Source: an uncultured Candidatus Saccharibacteria bacterium (GTDB taxonomy: Bacteria; Patescibacteriota; Saccharimonadia; Saccharimonadales; SZUA-47). From it: a stretch of 64,000 nucleotides of DNA. A model generated the notes under the pieces. That model saw nothing but the letters and a program-made list of their open reading frames with translations. It made no database searches and had not been told where the DNA came from. The stretch spans positions 18,647 to 82,646 of the forward strand of contig CAZHXX010000002.1 of the NCBI GenBank assembly GCA_964536485.1, written 5' to 3'. The position numbers and the translations under genes were made by a program. Below, piece by piece: positions 8,918-17,509 of the stretch. Positions within the stretch are counted from its first letter, which is position 1; each line of letters begins with the position of its first letter.

Positions 8918-9370
8918 TTAGATAAGCTCGTAAAATTTAGTTACATCTGCGGGTAAAAGTATGTTTGCCTGATAGCCCATCGATACGCCGAACCACACTT
9001 GGTTTAAAATTCCATTGCTCAATGTATGGCCCGCAATGTTGACCCCTTCAAGCATGCCCCATAGCTTTCTGTCAGGATACATTTTGGCATTTTGGTGCCA
9101 TCCGTAGCATTGAATTACGAATTGTGATGCGTTGACGATGACACCGTTGCTTGCCTTTAACCTTTCGTCGACAGAAGGTGAGTTCTCCCAAGCGCTTCTT
9201 ATCCTTTGTACCGCATCAACCATCACCTGTATTTCCTCATCTTTATCGATTGAAATGCTCTTTCCTCCTTCAACACTACAGAGGTTTTTATAATAGGCAC
9301 ACAGCGAGTTAAAATCTACGCCTAAATCTATTTCGCGGTAACAGTCTGGCGAGTCGGGTAATGTAAGCAT
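8918..9370 (-). CDS. hypothetical protein (150 aa), lone minus-strand gene
   Basis: ORF 8918-9415. Internal ATG 9370 preferred (MLTLPDSPD...) because the first 15 codons (MLMIFNIISLRYSRK) fall in the AT-rich promoter region. No motif recognised. Confidence 0.45.
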   Translation of the reverse strand: MLTLPDSPDCYREIDLGVDFNSLCAYYKNLCSVEGGKSISIDKDEEIQVMVDAVQRIRSAWENSPSVDERLKASNGVIVNASQFVIQCYGWHQNAKMYPDRKLWGMLEGVNIAGHTLSNGILNQVWFGVSMGYQANILLPADVTKFYELI

Positions 9371-9425
9371 CTTTCTAGAGTAGCGCAAACTAATAATATT
9401 AAAAATCATAAGCAAAATGAATTTG

Positions 9426-9455
9426 TTGTAACTAAAGCAAGCAAGGAGTTACAAT
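9426..9455 (+). promoter_or_regulatory. candidate promoter TTGTAA-18-TACAAT, 7 nt from the pheS ATG
   Basis: Hexamers at 9426-31 and 9450-55; ATG 9463; no SD at functional distance. Confidence 0.5.
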
Positions 9456-9462
9456 TAGACTA

Positions 9463-10479
9463 ATGAAAGAAATTAATACAGCGCGTGAGGCGCTTCGCCA
9501 AGAGTTCGAAAAGCTTGAGGATAAAAAAGCTATAATGCGTAGTGTTCAGTTGCGCGCGCTCTTTGATGGAATTCGAGAGATAGAGGCGGATAAGCGAGCT
9601 GAATATGGGCAAGCCGTAAACAGGCTAAAGCAAGAACTGCAAGAATGGATTGATGAACAATCCCAAACTGTTGATGTCGTGACGGCTATAGATGTGACCG
9701 CACCGTGGGATGTTAACACGGCTTCAGATAAACGACCAAGATTCTTACCGAGCACACAGGGTAGTGTGCACCCTCTTAAAACAGAGATTGAGCGTATCTG
9801 TGATATTTATCAGCGCATGGGCTTTGTGGTTGAAGAATCGCGCGAGATTGATGATGACTACCACATGTTTGCGAGCCTTAACTTCCCTGAAGGCCATCCG
9901 GCCCGTGATGACTATGACACTTTCATGACAGACGAAGGGTTTATTGCACCAGCGCACACTAGCACTATGCAGAACAGAATGCTCAAGAAATATCGAGATA
10001 ACCTAGAAAAAGGCGAGCCAATTGCCGTTATTGTCCCGGATAGGGTCTTCCGTAACGAGGATATTGATGCAACTCATGAACATACGTTCTACCAGATTGA
10101 AGGTGTGTATGTGTCGCGTGGAGTGACAGCTGGAAATCTCATCGCGACGCTGTCAGCTTTTATGAATGAATATTTTGGCCAAGAATTAAAGACAAAATTA
10201 CAGCCATTTTACTTTCCGTTTACGGAGCCAAGTTTTGAGTTTGCGATTGAGCGACCAGATGTTTTAAAAAAGGATAATTCTGAAGAGCAAAAGTGGCTTG
10301 AACTGCTCGGCTGCGGGATGATTCACCCCAACGTTTTAAGAGAAGCGGGGATAGACCCAGAAGTTTATACGGGTTTTGCTTGGGGAAATGGTATTGAGCG
10401 TATGGTCATGATGAGGAACCGGATAGAAGATATTCGTCATTTTGAGTCGGGTAACTTAAAGTTTTTGAGGCAATTTTAA
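9463..10479 (+). CDS. pheS: phenylalanine--tRNA ligase alpha subunit
   Basis: 338 aa. Class II core motifs (FPEGHPARD, RVFRNEDIDATHEHTFYQIEG, GWAWGNGIERMVM). Confidence 0.95.
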   Translation: MKEINTAREALRQEFEKLEDKKAIMRSVQLRALFDGIREIEADKRAEYGQAVNRLKQELQEWIDEQSQTVDVVTAIDVTAPWDVNTASDKRPRFLPSTQGSVHPLKTEIERICDIYQRMGFVVEESREIDDDYHMFASLNFPEGHPARDDYDTFMTDEGFIAPAHTSTMQNRMLKKYRDNLEKGEPIAVIVPDRVFRNEDIDATHEHTFYQIEGVYVSRGVTAGNLIATLSAFMNEYFGQELKTKLQPFYFPFTEPSFEFAIERPDVLKKDNSEEQKWLELLGCGMIHPNVLREAGIDPEVYTGFAWGNGIERMVMMRNRIEDIRHFESGNLKFLRQF

Positions 10480-10661
10480 TGGAGCGAATTATTTTAGGGA
10501 TTGCACTAGTCGTGTCTGTTCTTCTAAACACGACACTTTTCATCGGGAACATTGTTGCAAAAAATTGGCCGATGGCTCTTGGCAATTTACTTATAGACGG
10601 CATGTTCGTGTTTATTTTATGTATTGGCTATAAATCAACAGCTAAAGGAAAGCATAAATGA
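10479..10661 (+). CDS. small membrane protein (60 aa, 2 predicted TM)
   Basis: Start overlaps the pheS stop (TAATG) and stop overlaps the HIT start (ATGA). Hydrophobic. Coding status inferred from the coupling geometry. Confidence 0.45.
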   Translation: MERIILGIALVVSVLLNTTLFIGNIVAKNWPMALGNLLIDGMFVFILCIGYKSTAKGKHK

Positions 10662-11113
10662 GCACGATCTTCGACAAAATTGTAAGCGGGGAAATGGCGT
10701 CATGGGTAGTTTGGCAAGATGAGAACTATATGGCGTTTTTAACACCTTTTCCAAACACGCCAGGTTTTACCGTGGTCATACCAAAAAAGAATGTTGGGGA
10801 CTACTTATTTTCTCTCAGCAATGAAGACTATTTAGGCTTGCTGAGTGCATCAAAGTTAGTAGCAAAAAAGCTAGAAAAGGCGTTTGACACGCCTAGAGTA
10901 GCCATGGTGGTAGAAGGTACGGGCGTCGCGCACGTTCATGTGAAGCTTATTCCTTTGCACGGCGAACTTGCAGGCCAAACAGATGTATGGAGCAAGCACA
11001 CCGAATTCCATGAGACCTATCAAGGATTTCTCACGACAGCAGAAGGTCCTAAAATGGACGACGAACAACTAGACGAGATTCAAAAGAAGATCCTCGAGGC
11101 TCAAATTGATTAA
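10658..11113 (+). CDS. HIT (histidine triad)-like hydrolase, variant motif HVHVK
   Basis: 151 aa. WQDENYMAFLTPFPNTPGFTVVIPKK and GVAHVHVKLIPLHG fit the HIT fold pattern, but the third His of HxHxH is Lys and the usual PGH is PGF. Confidence 0.7.
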   Translation: MSTIFDKIVSGEMASWVVWQDENYMAFLTPFPNTPGFTVVIPKKNVGDYLFSLSNEDYLGLLSASKLVAKKLEKAFDTPRVAMVVEGTGVAHVHVKLIPLHGELAGQTDVWSKHTEFHETYQGFLTTAEGPKMDDEQLDEIQKKILEAQID

Positions 11114-11705
11114 TGAGAATTTTGTTTTTGTTGGGTTCTTGCTGACTATGGTTGGCTCGCTGGCGTATGTCCGGGACATTGTACGAGGAAAGGTCAGACC
11201 TAATATTGTGACGTGGGTATTATGGGCGCTTGCACCTATGGTGGCTTTTTCGGCACAGATTGTTGAAGGAGCTGGCTTGCGCTCGGTTCATACATTTAGC
11301 ACTGGGTTCGGCCCACTTCTTATTGTCGTAACAGCGCTACTCTACAAACATTCTCTTTTCAAAATAAAGAAAAGAGACTACTTTTTTGGAGCATTGTCAC
11401 TCGTTGGCATTATCTTATGGAAAATAACGGGCGAAGGATCTATTGCAATACTGTTTGCAATTCTGGCTGACCTATTTGCAGCTTTGCCGACAATAGAAAA
11501 ATTGTACTTTCATCCCGAGACCGAGAATGGCTGGGTGTTTGGCATTGGTATTCTAGGGGCACTAATTGCGCTCTTGACCGTAAAAGACTGGCGCTTTCAA
11601 GAGTTTGGGTTTTCACTCTATATATTTTTGGTTAATATAGTAATGTTTACCCCAACAGCCAGGCGCTACGTGCAGGCACGACAAAAAAATGGAGTTACCG
11701 TATGA
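11106..11705 (+). CDS. multi-pass membrane protein, unknown family
   Basis: 199 aa, about 6 hydrophobic segments. TTG start overlapping the HIT stop by 8 nt; stop overlaps the pheT ATG (ATGA). Confidence 0.55.
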   Translation: MINENFVFVGFLLTMVGSLAYVRDIVRGKVRPNIVTWVLWALAPMVAFSAQIVEGAGLRSVHTFSTGFGPLLIVVTALLYKHSLFKIKKRDYFFGALSLVGIILWKITGEGSIAILFAILADLFAALPTIEKLYFHPETENGWVFGIGILGALIALLTVKDWRFQEFGFSLYIFLVNIVMFTPTARRYVQARQKNGVTV

Positions 11706-14263
11706 AGTTTAGTTGTAATATAGCTGATTATTATAGTGATATTGACTTTAGGGCGTTACCTAAAGACGAGTTAGTAACGCGCATGGGTTTGCAACTTGGC
11801 GCGATTGAAAGTTTCGCTGACTATGCACCGAAGTATAAGGACGTTATTGTCGTTCGAGTTGTTGAATGTATAAAGCACCCTAATGCAGATAAGTTGAGCC
11901 TGTGTCGAGTCGATGATGGTGGCATGATGCAACATGTGGAACGTGGTGAAGATGGCCTTGTCCAAGTAGTATGCGGTGCGCCTAATGTGCGAGCAGGAAT
12001 ACTCGCTGCCTGGATACCACCAGGAGCGACAGTGCCAGCAAGTTATGATACTGACCCATTTGTCCTAGAAGCGCGAGAGCTTCGAGGCAAGGTCAGCAAC
12101 GGCATGTTAGCAAGTAAAAAAGAGCTTGCTATAAATGACGACCATGATGGTATTCTCGAAATCGACGAGGCTGAGATTGGGCGGGTACCTGCAGTGGGTG
12201 AGCCTGTTGCGCCTCTCTACGGCCTGGATGACTTCGTTATTGACTGTGAGAATAAGATGTTCACCCATCGACCTGATTGTTTTGGTAATTTAGGCATTGC
12301 TCGTGAAGTTGCCGGAATTTTTGGTAAAAAATTTACGAGCCCAGAGTGGTATGGGGGCACGGTAACTTTTGACGATGCTGACGAAGTGAGTCTTATGAGC
12401 GACAACCAAATTCCAACAAAAGTTCCGCGCATCATGACTGTGGCGATGAAAAATGTTACGGTAAAACCAAGCCCTATTCGGCTACAGGCATATTTACAGC
12501 GCGTTGGGATTAAGCCTATTAATAACGTAGTGGACGTCACAAACTATGTAATGCACCTCACCGCCCAACCACTACATGCGTTTGATCTTGACAAGCTGGC
12601 ATCACGTTCAGAGAAGCTCGGGGTGTTTCCTCGGATGGCTACTAAAGGTGAAAAAATTATGCTCTTAGGCAATAAAGAAGTGATACTGACTGAAGAAGAT
12701 ATGGTTATCTCAACAGATAAGCAGGTGGTTGCCCTTGCTGGAGTTATGGGTGGCGCCGAGACAGAAGTTGACGAAACTACCAAGAATATTCTTATTGAAT
12801 GCGCAACTTTTGACATGTATACCGTGCGACGAACAAGTATGCGTCATGGATTGTTTACCGAAGCAGTGACGCGCTTTAATAAAGGCCAATCTCCAAAACA
12901 AAACCCTCATGTCCTCGCTTATGCTATGAAAGCTATGAACGACCATGCTGGTGCAGTGCAGGCAAGTAACGTCACCGACGCTCCTCTTGCTGAAGACCAT
13001 AAAGGTGAGCTTGTATTTCGGCTCTATGACGGGGTGCGTGGGCCAATGGAAGGTCCTGAGCCTATCAGCATTTCTTTTATCAATGAACGACTTGGCACGC
13101 AACTTACCATCGAAGAAGTGTGCGCCCTACTCGAGAATGTTGAATTTTCGGCATACCCTAAAGACGAGGCAGAGCTCTTTTACTGGGCACCTTATTGGCG
13201 AATGGATATCGCTATTCCAGAGGATGTGGTCGAAGAGATTGGGAGACTATATGGCTACGATAAACTTCCGGTGACGCTCCCAGCCAGATCATCAAAGCCG
13301 GCACCTCGCAATGCGCGTTTTGACTTTGCTCGTTCACTTGCTAAGAAACTACAAAAAGCAGGCGCAAACGAACTGTTAACTTATTCGTTCGTTCATGGCG
13401 ATTTGCTTAAGAATACCGGCACTCAACCAGAAGAATCCGCCTACCACTTGCGAAATGCTTTGAGTCCGGATCTGCAGTACTACCGCACAAGCTTGTTACC
13501 TAGTTTGCTTGCAAAAGTCCGCCAGAACAGTAAAGCTCAAGCAGGAAGTGAGAATAATGAATTCGCGCTGTTTGAAATAGGTAAGGCACACGTTAAGGGC
13601 GAGAACAAAGAGCACGAAGAATTGCCGAAGCAGATGAGAAGACTTGCTTTTGTACACGTTGCAGACCAGAAAACAGCAAAGAATTACGACGGGGCGCCAT
13701 ATTACCAAGCAAAACAATATGTTGACTATGTGACCAACGGACAGGCAAAATATTTGCCACTAGATACAAATGATTATCCGATAAGCGCGCCGTTCCAGCT
13801 CGGTAGGTCGGCAGTTATTATGGTGGCAGACCAAGTCCTTGGGATTGTTGGTGAGTTTAATCATAGAACAAAAGCTCACTTAAAGCTTCCCGATTTCTGT
13901 GCCGGCTTTGAATTAGACATAGATTTATTGCAGACACATATCTCTGAGAAACGTTACAAGCCACTTTCTGTCTATCCTAGTACCGAACAAGATATGACGC
14001 TTGAAGTTGACGAAACCGTGACATGGCAACATATTGAAGAGCTTCTGCACGCCGAGCTAGCGGTGGCTAAGGCAGAAAGTGGCTACGACTATGATATTGA
14101 ACCACTTGATATCTACCAATCCGAAGGTGCTACGAAGAAGCGCATAACGTTTCGGATCCGCCTGACGCATTACGAGAAGACACTTAAAACCGAAGAGGTA
14201 AGCATACTCTTTGCCCAGCTTGCAAAAGTAGCAAAGGAGCTACTCGGTGCGACACTTATCTAG
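11702..14263 (+). CDS. pheT: phenylalanine--tRNA ligase beta subunit
   Basis: 853 aa. N-terminal tRNA-binding domain (HPNADKLSLCRVDDG), B3/4 and B5 regions, C-terminal FDX-ACB-like end. Confidence 0.95.
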   Translation: MKFSCNIADYYSDIDFRALPKDELVTRMGLQLGAIESFADYAPKYKDVIVVRVVECIKHPNADKLSLCRVDDGGMMQHVERGEDGLVQVVCGAPNVRAGILAAWIPPGATVPASYDTDPFVLEARELRGKVSNGMLASKKELAINDDHDGILEIDEAEIGRVPAVGEPVAPLYGLDDFVIDCENKMFTHRPDCFGNLGIAREVAGIFGKKFTSPEWYGGTVTFDDADEVSLMSDNQIPTKVPRIMTVAMKNVTVKPSPIRLQAYLQRVGIKPINNVVDVTNYVMHLTAQPLHAFDLDKLASRSEKLGVFPRMATKGEKIMLLGNKEVILTEEDMVISTDKQVVALAGVMGGAETEVDETTKNILIECATFDMYTVRRTSMRHGLFTEAVTRFNKGQSPKQNPHVLAYAMKAMNDHAGAVQASNVTDAPLAEDHKGELVFRLYDGVRGPMEGPEPISISFINERLGTQLTIEEVCALLENVEFSAYPKDEAELFYWAPYWRMDIAIPEDVVEEIGRLYGYDKLPVTLPARSSKPAPRNARFDFARSLAKKLQKAGANELLTYSFVHGDLLKNTGTQPEESAYHLRNALSPDLQYYRTSLLPSLLAKVRQNSKAQAGSENNEFALFEIGKAHVKGENKEHEELPKQMRRLAFVHVADQKTAKNYDGAPYYQAKQYVDYVTNGQAKYLPLDTNDYPISAPFQLGRSAVIMVADQVLGIVGEFNHRTKAHLKLPDFCAGFELDIDLLQTHISEKRYKPLSVYPSTEQDMTLEVDETVTWQHIEELLHAELAVAKAESGYDYDIEPLDIYQSEGATKKRITFRIRLTHYEKTLKTEEVSILFAQLAKVAKELLGATLI

Positions 14264-15989
14264 AATTTTTTTAGGGATTATTCTTGCTGTAAGTTTTGGA
14301 CTGTTGCCTCACCACGCGAGCGCAGAGGATACTGATAATTTTGTCATAGAATCATTTGACGCAGGCTATAAACTCACGAATGAAGACCAGCAAGGCAAGC
14401 TTACTACGACGGAAACTATCACTGTAAACTTTAGCGGACAAAACCACGGTATCTTGCGGGCAATACCCGTCAAGTATGGTGAAGACTCTACAAATCCTGT
14501 CGTGCAAGAGGTACAACGTGATGGTCGTACAGAGCCCTATACGACCACCGAAGATAGCGACAATCTTGTACTGCGTATCGGAGACCCGTCTTTACTGATA
14601 ACGGGTATGCACACATATCGTATTACCTATACTGTTGAAAATGCGGTTCGTTTCTTTGACGATCATGATGAAGTCTATTGGGATGTTAATGGCGACCAAT
14701 GGAAACAGTCTGCCAAAAGTGTTAGCGCGAGTTTTGATGCCGACGTGGCTCTGAAGGTCGTGCCGGTGCTTTGTTATACGGGGGTTCAGGGGGCAAAAGA
14801 AAGTGCTTGCGAAGTGACGACAGGAGATAGGAGCTTCAGTGTTAAAACGACGCGTTCACTTAGCCCCCAAGAGACATTAACCTTTGTGGTGGCGTTTGAG
14901 AAAGGCCATTTTACGCCAAAAACGTGGCTCGAACGGTATTGGCAGTGGATTTTTGTCAGTCCTCTGTTCTTACTTCAGTCGGGGGTTGTCTATTCTGCCT
15001 ACCGTCGCTGGAAAAAGATAGGTAAAGATTATAAGAAACGCGGAATAACAGTACCTTATTATGAGAGACCAAAGAATATTAGCGTTATGGAGACGAGCTA
15101 TGTGGCAACTAATATGATTACGACAAAGCATATAAGTGCTGGGATAATTGACCTCGCTATACGAGGCTATATAAAAATTGTTGAACACAAGGAGCGCTTT
15201 AAGACCAAACACGAACTGGTGCATATGAAGGCTTCGCGTAGCGAGCTACAAGAGGACGAAGCCATGCTAATGGATAAACTTTTTACGGATATTCCTGTGG
15301 GGAGTGGATTTATGCTTGAAGACAAGGCAAATAAACTGTACAAAGCAACGCAGGAACTCGGTGCATTGTTAGACGAACGGGCGATAAAGCACGGCTATTA
15401 TGAAGTCTCACCAAAGAAAGCTTTAACAGCGCTTTTGAAGCAACTCATCATCTCTATTCTTTTACTTGTTATTGGGTTTTTTGTCTCACCAATTACGTCA
15501 GGAATGACAATCTTGACAGGTTTTGGGGCAGTTGTCTTGGTGATCATCTTTAACGCCCTCATGGCAAAAAGAAGCCTTGCCGGTAATTCGATAGTCGAAC
15601 ATTACGAAGGGTTAAAGCTGTATATAGAAACTGCCGAAAAAGACCGCATAAAGGCACAAGATGCTGTAGACGCACCCCTTGCAATGCATGGAGACGAGCC
15701 GGTTCATGACATCAAGTTTTTTGAGAAACTATTACCTTTTGCTGTAGCGCTTGGTGTTGAAAAGACATGGGCCAAAGCTTTTGAAGGCATCTACACCGCT
15801 CCGCCTGATTGGTATGGAGGGAATTGGAATACGTTTGGAACAGTGGCGCTTGCCCAGAGTTTGAGTCAAACTACAAAAGCTACAGGCATGTCATTTAGCC
15901 CGCCTTCAAGCTCGGGAAGTTCTGGCTTTTCGGGTGGCGGTGGCTTCTCCGGTGGCGGAGGTGGCGGAGGTGGCGGTGGTGGCTGGTAG
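14247..15989 (+). CDS. DUF2207 domain-containing membrane protein with Gly-rich C-terminal tail
   Basis: 580 aa. Signal peptide (...LLPHHASA/ED), extracellular N-domain, YERPKNISVMETSYV...DLAIRGYIKI, TM cluster, tail SGGGGFSGGGGGGGGGGGW. GTG start overlaps pheT by 17 nt. Confidence 0.75.
   Translation: MRHLSRIFLGIILAVSFGLLPHHASAEDTDNFVIESFDAGYKLTNEDQQGKLTTTETITVNFSGQNHGILRAIPVKYGEDSTNPVVQEVQRDGRTEPYTTTEDSDNLVLRIGDPSLLITGMHTYRITYTVENAVRFFDDHDEVYWDVNGDQWKQSAKSVSASFDADVALKVVPVLCYTGVQGAKESACEVTTGDRSFSVKTTRSLSPQETLTFVVAFEKGHFTPKTWLERYWQWIFVSPLFLLQSGVVYSAYRRWKKIGKDYKKRGITVPYYERPKNISVMETSYVATNMITTKHISAGIIDLAIRGYIKIVEHKERFKTKHELVHMKASRSELQEDEAMLMDKLFTDIPVGSGFMLEDKANKLYKATQELGALLDERAIKHGYYEVSPKKALTALLKQLIISILLLVIGFFVSPITSGMTILTGFGAVVLVIIFNALMAKRSLAGNSIVEHYEGLKLYIETAEKDRIKAQDAVDAPLAMHGDEPVHDIKFFEKLLPFAVALGVEKTWAKAFEGIYTAPPDWYGGNWNTFGTVALAQSLSQTTKATGMSFSPPSSSGSSGFSGGGGFSGGGGGGGGGGGW
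15951..15983 (+). repeat. in-frame GGTGGCGGA-type 9-nt microrepeat (about 3.5 units) encoding the poly-Gly tail
   Basis: ggtggcgga ggtggcgga ggtggcggt ggtggc read directly at 15951-15983; a further ggtggcggtggc at 15933-15944. Confidence 0.8.
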
Positions 15990-15992
15990 TCT

Positions 15993-16928
15993 ATGAATGA
16001 AATATATGTCGTCGTTGTTGCCATAGTATCGTTTGTCGCCATGTTTGTGGCAGTGAAATTTCTTATGTTCAGTTATTTTTTGAATGATACAGTGAGCGTA
16101 GAATCGCTAAAAACATACAGTTTGTATGCTGGTTACAATTTGTTGCCAGAAGATGTTTGTAGCATCAGCCTTAAACGATCGTCCTTTAACAAGGGAAGGG
16201 TTTTAGCAGGATTTGAAGGCACGCTGACTGAGTCAAAGAATCCATTTGTATGTATGTACCACTCCGAAGCCGGGGGAGCAGGAAAGACAAGAGCGAATTT
16301 CACTCGCACAATCCTCTCGATCAGCATACCTGATACACGGCTACAAGTGATTATAAATAGCCGTCTTGCCAGCGATCTTAAATCCGGGGGAAATCTGAGT
16401 CAGTATTCTCGTGGACAGCGGTATCTGCCTGAAGGTGACTTTGGGATATTCTATGAAATTTACTTCCCAGAAAGTACACAGTCTGAATCACTTGCGATTC
16501 TAAGCCCTGATTCACTGTTATATTTATTGAAAGAATTTTCTGCATATGATATTGAAATTGCTGGTAATACTTTGTACATATACTCGTATAAGTTGCTTCC
16601 GGCTAAGGTAGTAGATCAAATGTTGCACAAGGCAGATGAACTAATGAAACAATTAAGACTGAGGAAGAGCGATAGTGTTACTGAGCCGACTACTCAAAAT
16701 CTCGTAGCCCTGACCGCTATAGATGCCCCTGTAGTATTGAGAGGCTTACGCAAGAATACACAACGTTTTTTTGGCAGTTTAGCTTTCATTCTTTTTCTGT
16801 TTACGCCAATGTTAAATGGTGTGGTTTTTGCGCTCGCCATCGTTTTGGTCGTTACAATTATGGCTACTCTTGCTTTTAGTGAGACCTCGTTAAAGAGAAA
16901 ATATAATAAGTTTATTCGTAATAGCTAG
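15993..16928 (+). CDS. membrane protein, DUF3137-like pattern
   Basis: 311 aa. N-terminal TM, FEGTL...FTRTILSISIPD, LPEGDFGIFYEIYFPE...LAILSPDSLLYLL...YDIEIAGNTLYIYSY, C-terminal TM pair. Family name recalled from memory and not verified. Confidence 0.5.
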   Translation: MNEIYVVVVAIVSFVAMFVAVKFLMFSYFLNDTVSVESLKTYSLYAGYNLLPEDVCSISLKRSSFNKGRVLAGFEGTLTESKNPFVCMYHSEAGGAGKTRANFTRTILSISIPDTRLQVIINSRLASDLKSGGNLSQYSRGQRYLPEGDFGIFYEIYFPESTQSESLAILSPDSLLYLLKEFSAYDIEIAGNTLYIYSYKLLPAKVVDQMLHKADELMKQLRLRKSDSVTEPTTQNLVALTAIDAPVVLRGLRKNTQRFFGSLAFILFLFTPMLNGVVFALAIVLVVTIMATLAFSETSLKRKYNKFIRNS

Positions 16929-16931
16929 GAG

Positions 16932-17393
16932 ATGAATGTGGAAGTAGAAGACATTATAAGAAATAATATTGGAGCAACTGTACACATGTCACTCGCTACT
17001 GTTTCAAATAATCATCCGTGGGTGTGTGAGGTACATTTTGCCTATGATGAAGAGCTGAATTTGTACTTTCGTTCCAAAGCAAGTAGACGGCATAGCCAAG
17101 AAATTGCGCAGAATCCATATGTGTCGGGTAATATTGTAAAACAGTTTGAGCTTGGCGAACCGGTAGTTGGTGTGTATTTTGAAGGTACGGCAGAGCAACT
17201 TGCGCATGTCACTGAAGAAAGTCCAGCGTTCGTTGCATTACAAAGGCTTGGTTTGAAAACCGATGCACTTACTGAGGCGGAGAACGAGGCCGATGGTCAT
17301 AAATTCTATAAAATTACGGTGAAAAACTGGTACGCTTTCGGCCGATTTGGTGCAGACCATGGGCAGAAACTAAGCTTGGAATGGAACAAATAA
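16932..17393 (+). CDS. pyridoxamine 5'-phosphate oxidase-like FMN-binding split-barrel protein
   Basis: 153 aa. HMSLATVSNNHPWVCEVHFAYDEELNLYFRSKASRRHSQEI resembles general-stress-protein-26/PNPOx-like proteins. Confidence 0.55.
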   Translation: MNVEVEDIIRNNIGATVHMSLATVSNNHPWVCEVHFAYDEELNLYFRSKASRRHSQEIAQNPYVSGNIVKQFELGEPVVGVYFEGTAEQLAHVTEESPAFVALQRLGLKTDALTEAENEADGHKFYKITVKNWYAFGRFGADHGQKLSLEWNK

Positions 17394-17509
17394 AAGATGA
17401 TGGGCTGGCAGAATACGTCGAGACTCTTCAGTAATAGAGAGTGTAGTTGCTTTATTGTTTGTTTTGCCTAATAATGAATTTAGATTCACATAAACAAAAA
17501 GGTAAAAAA

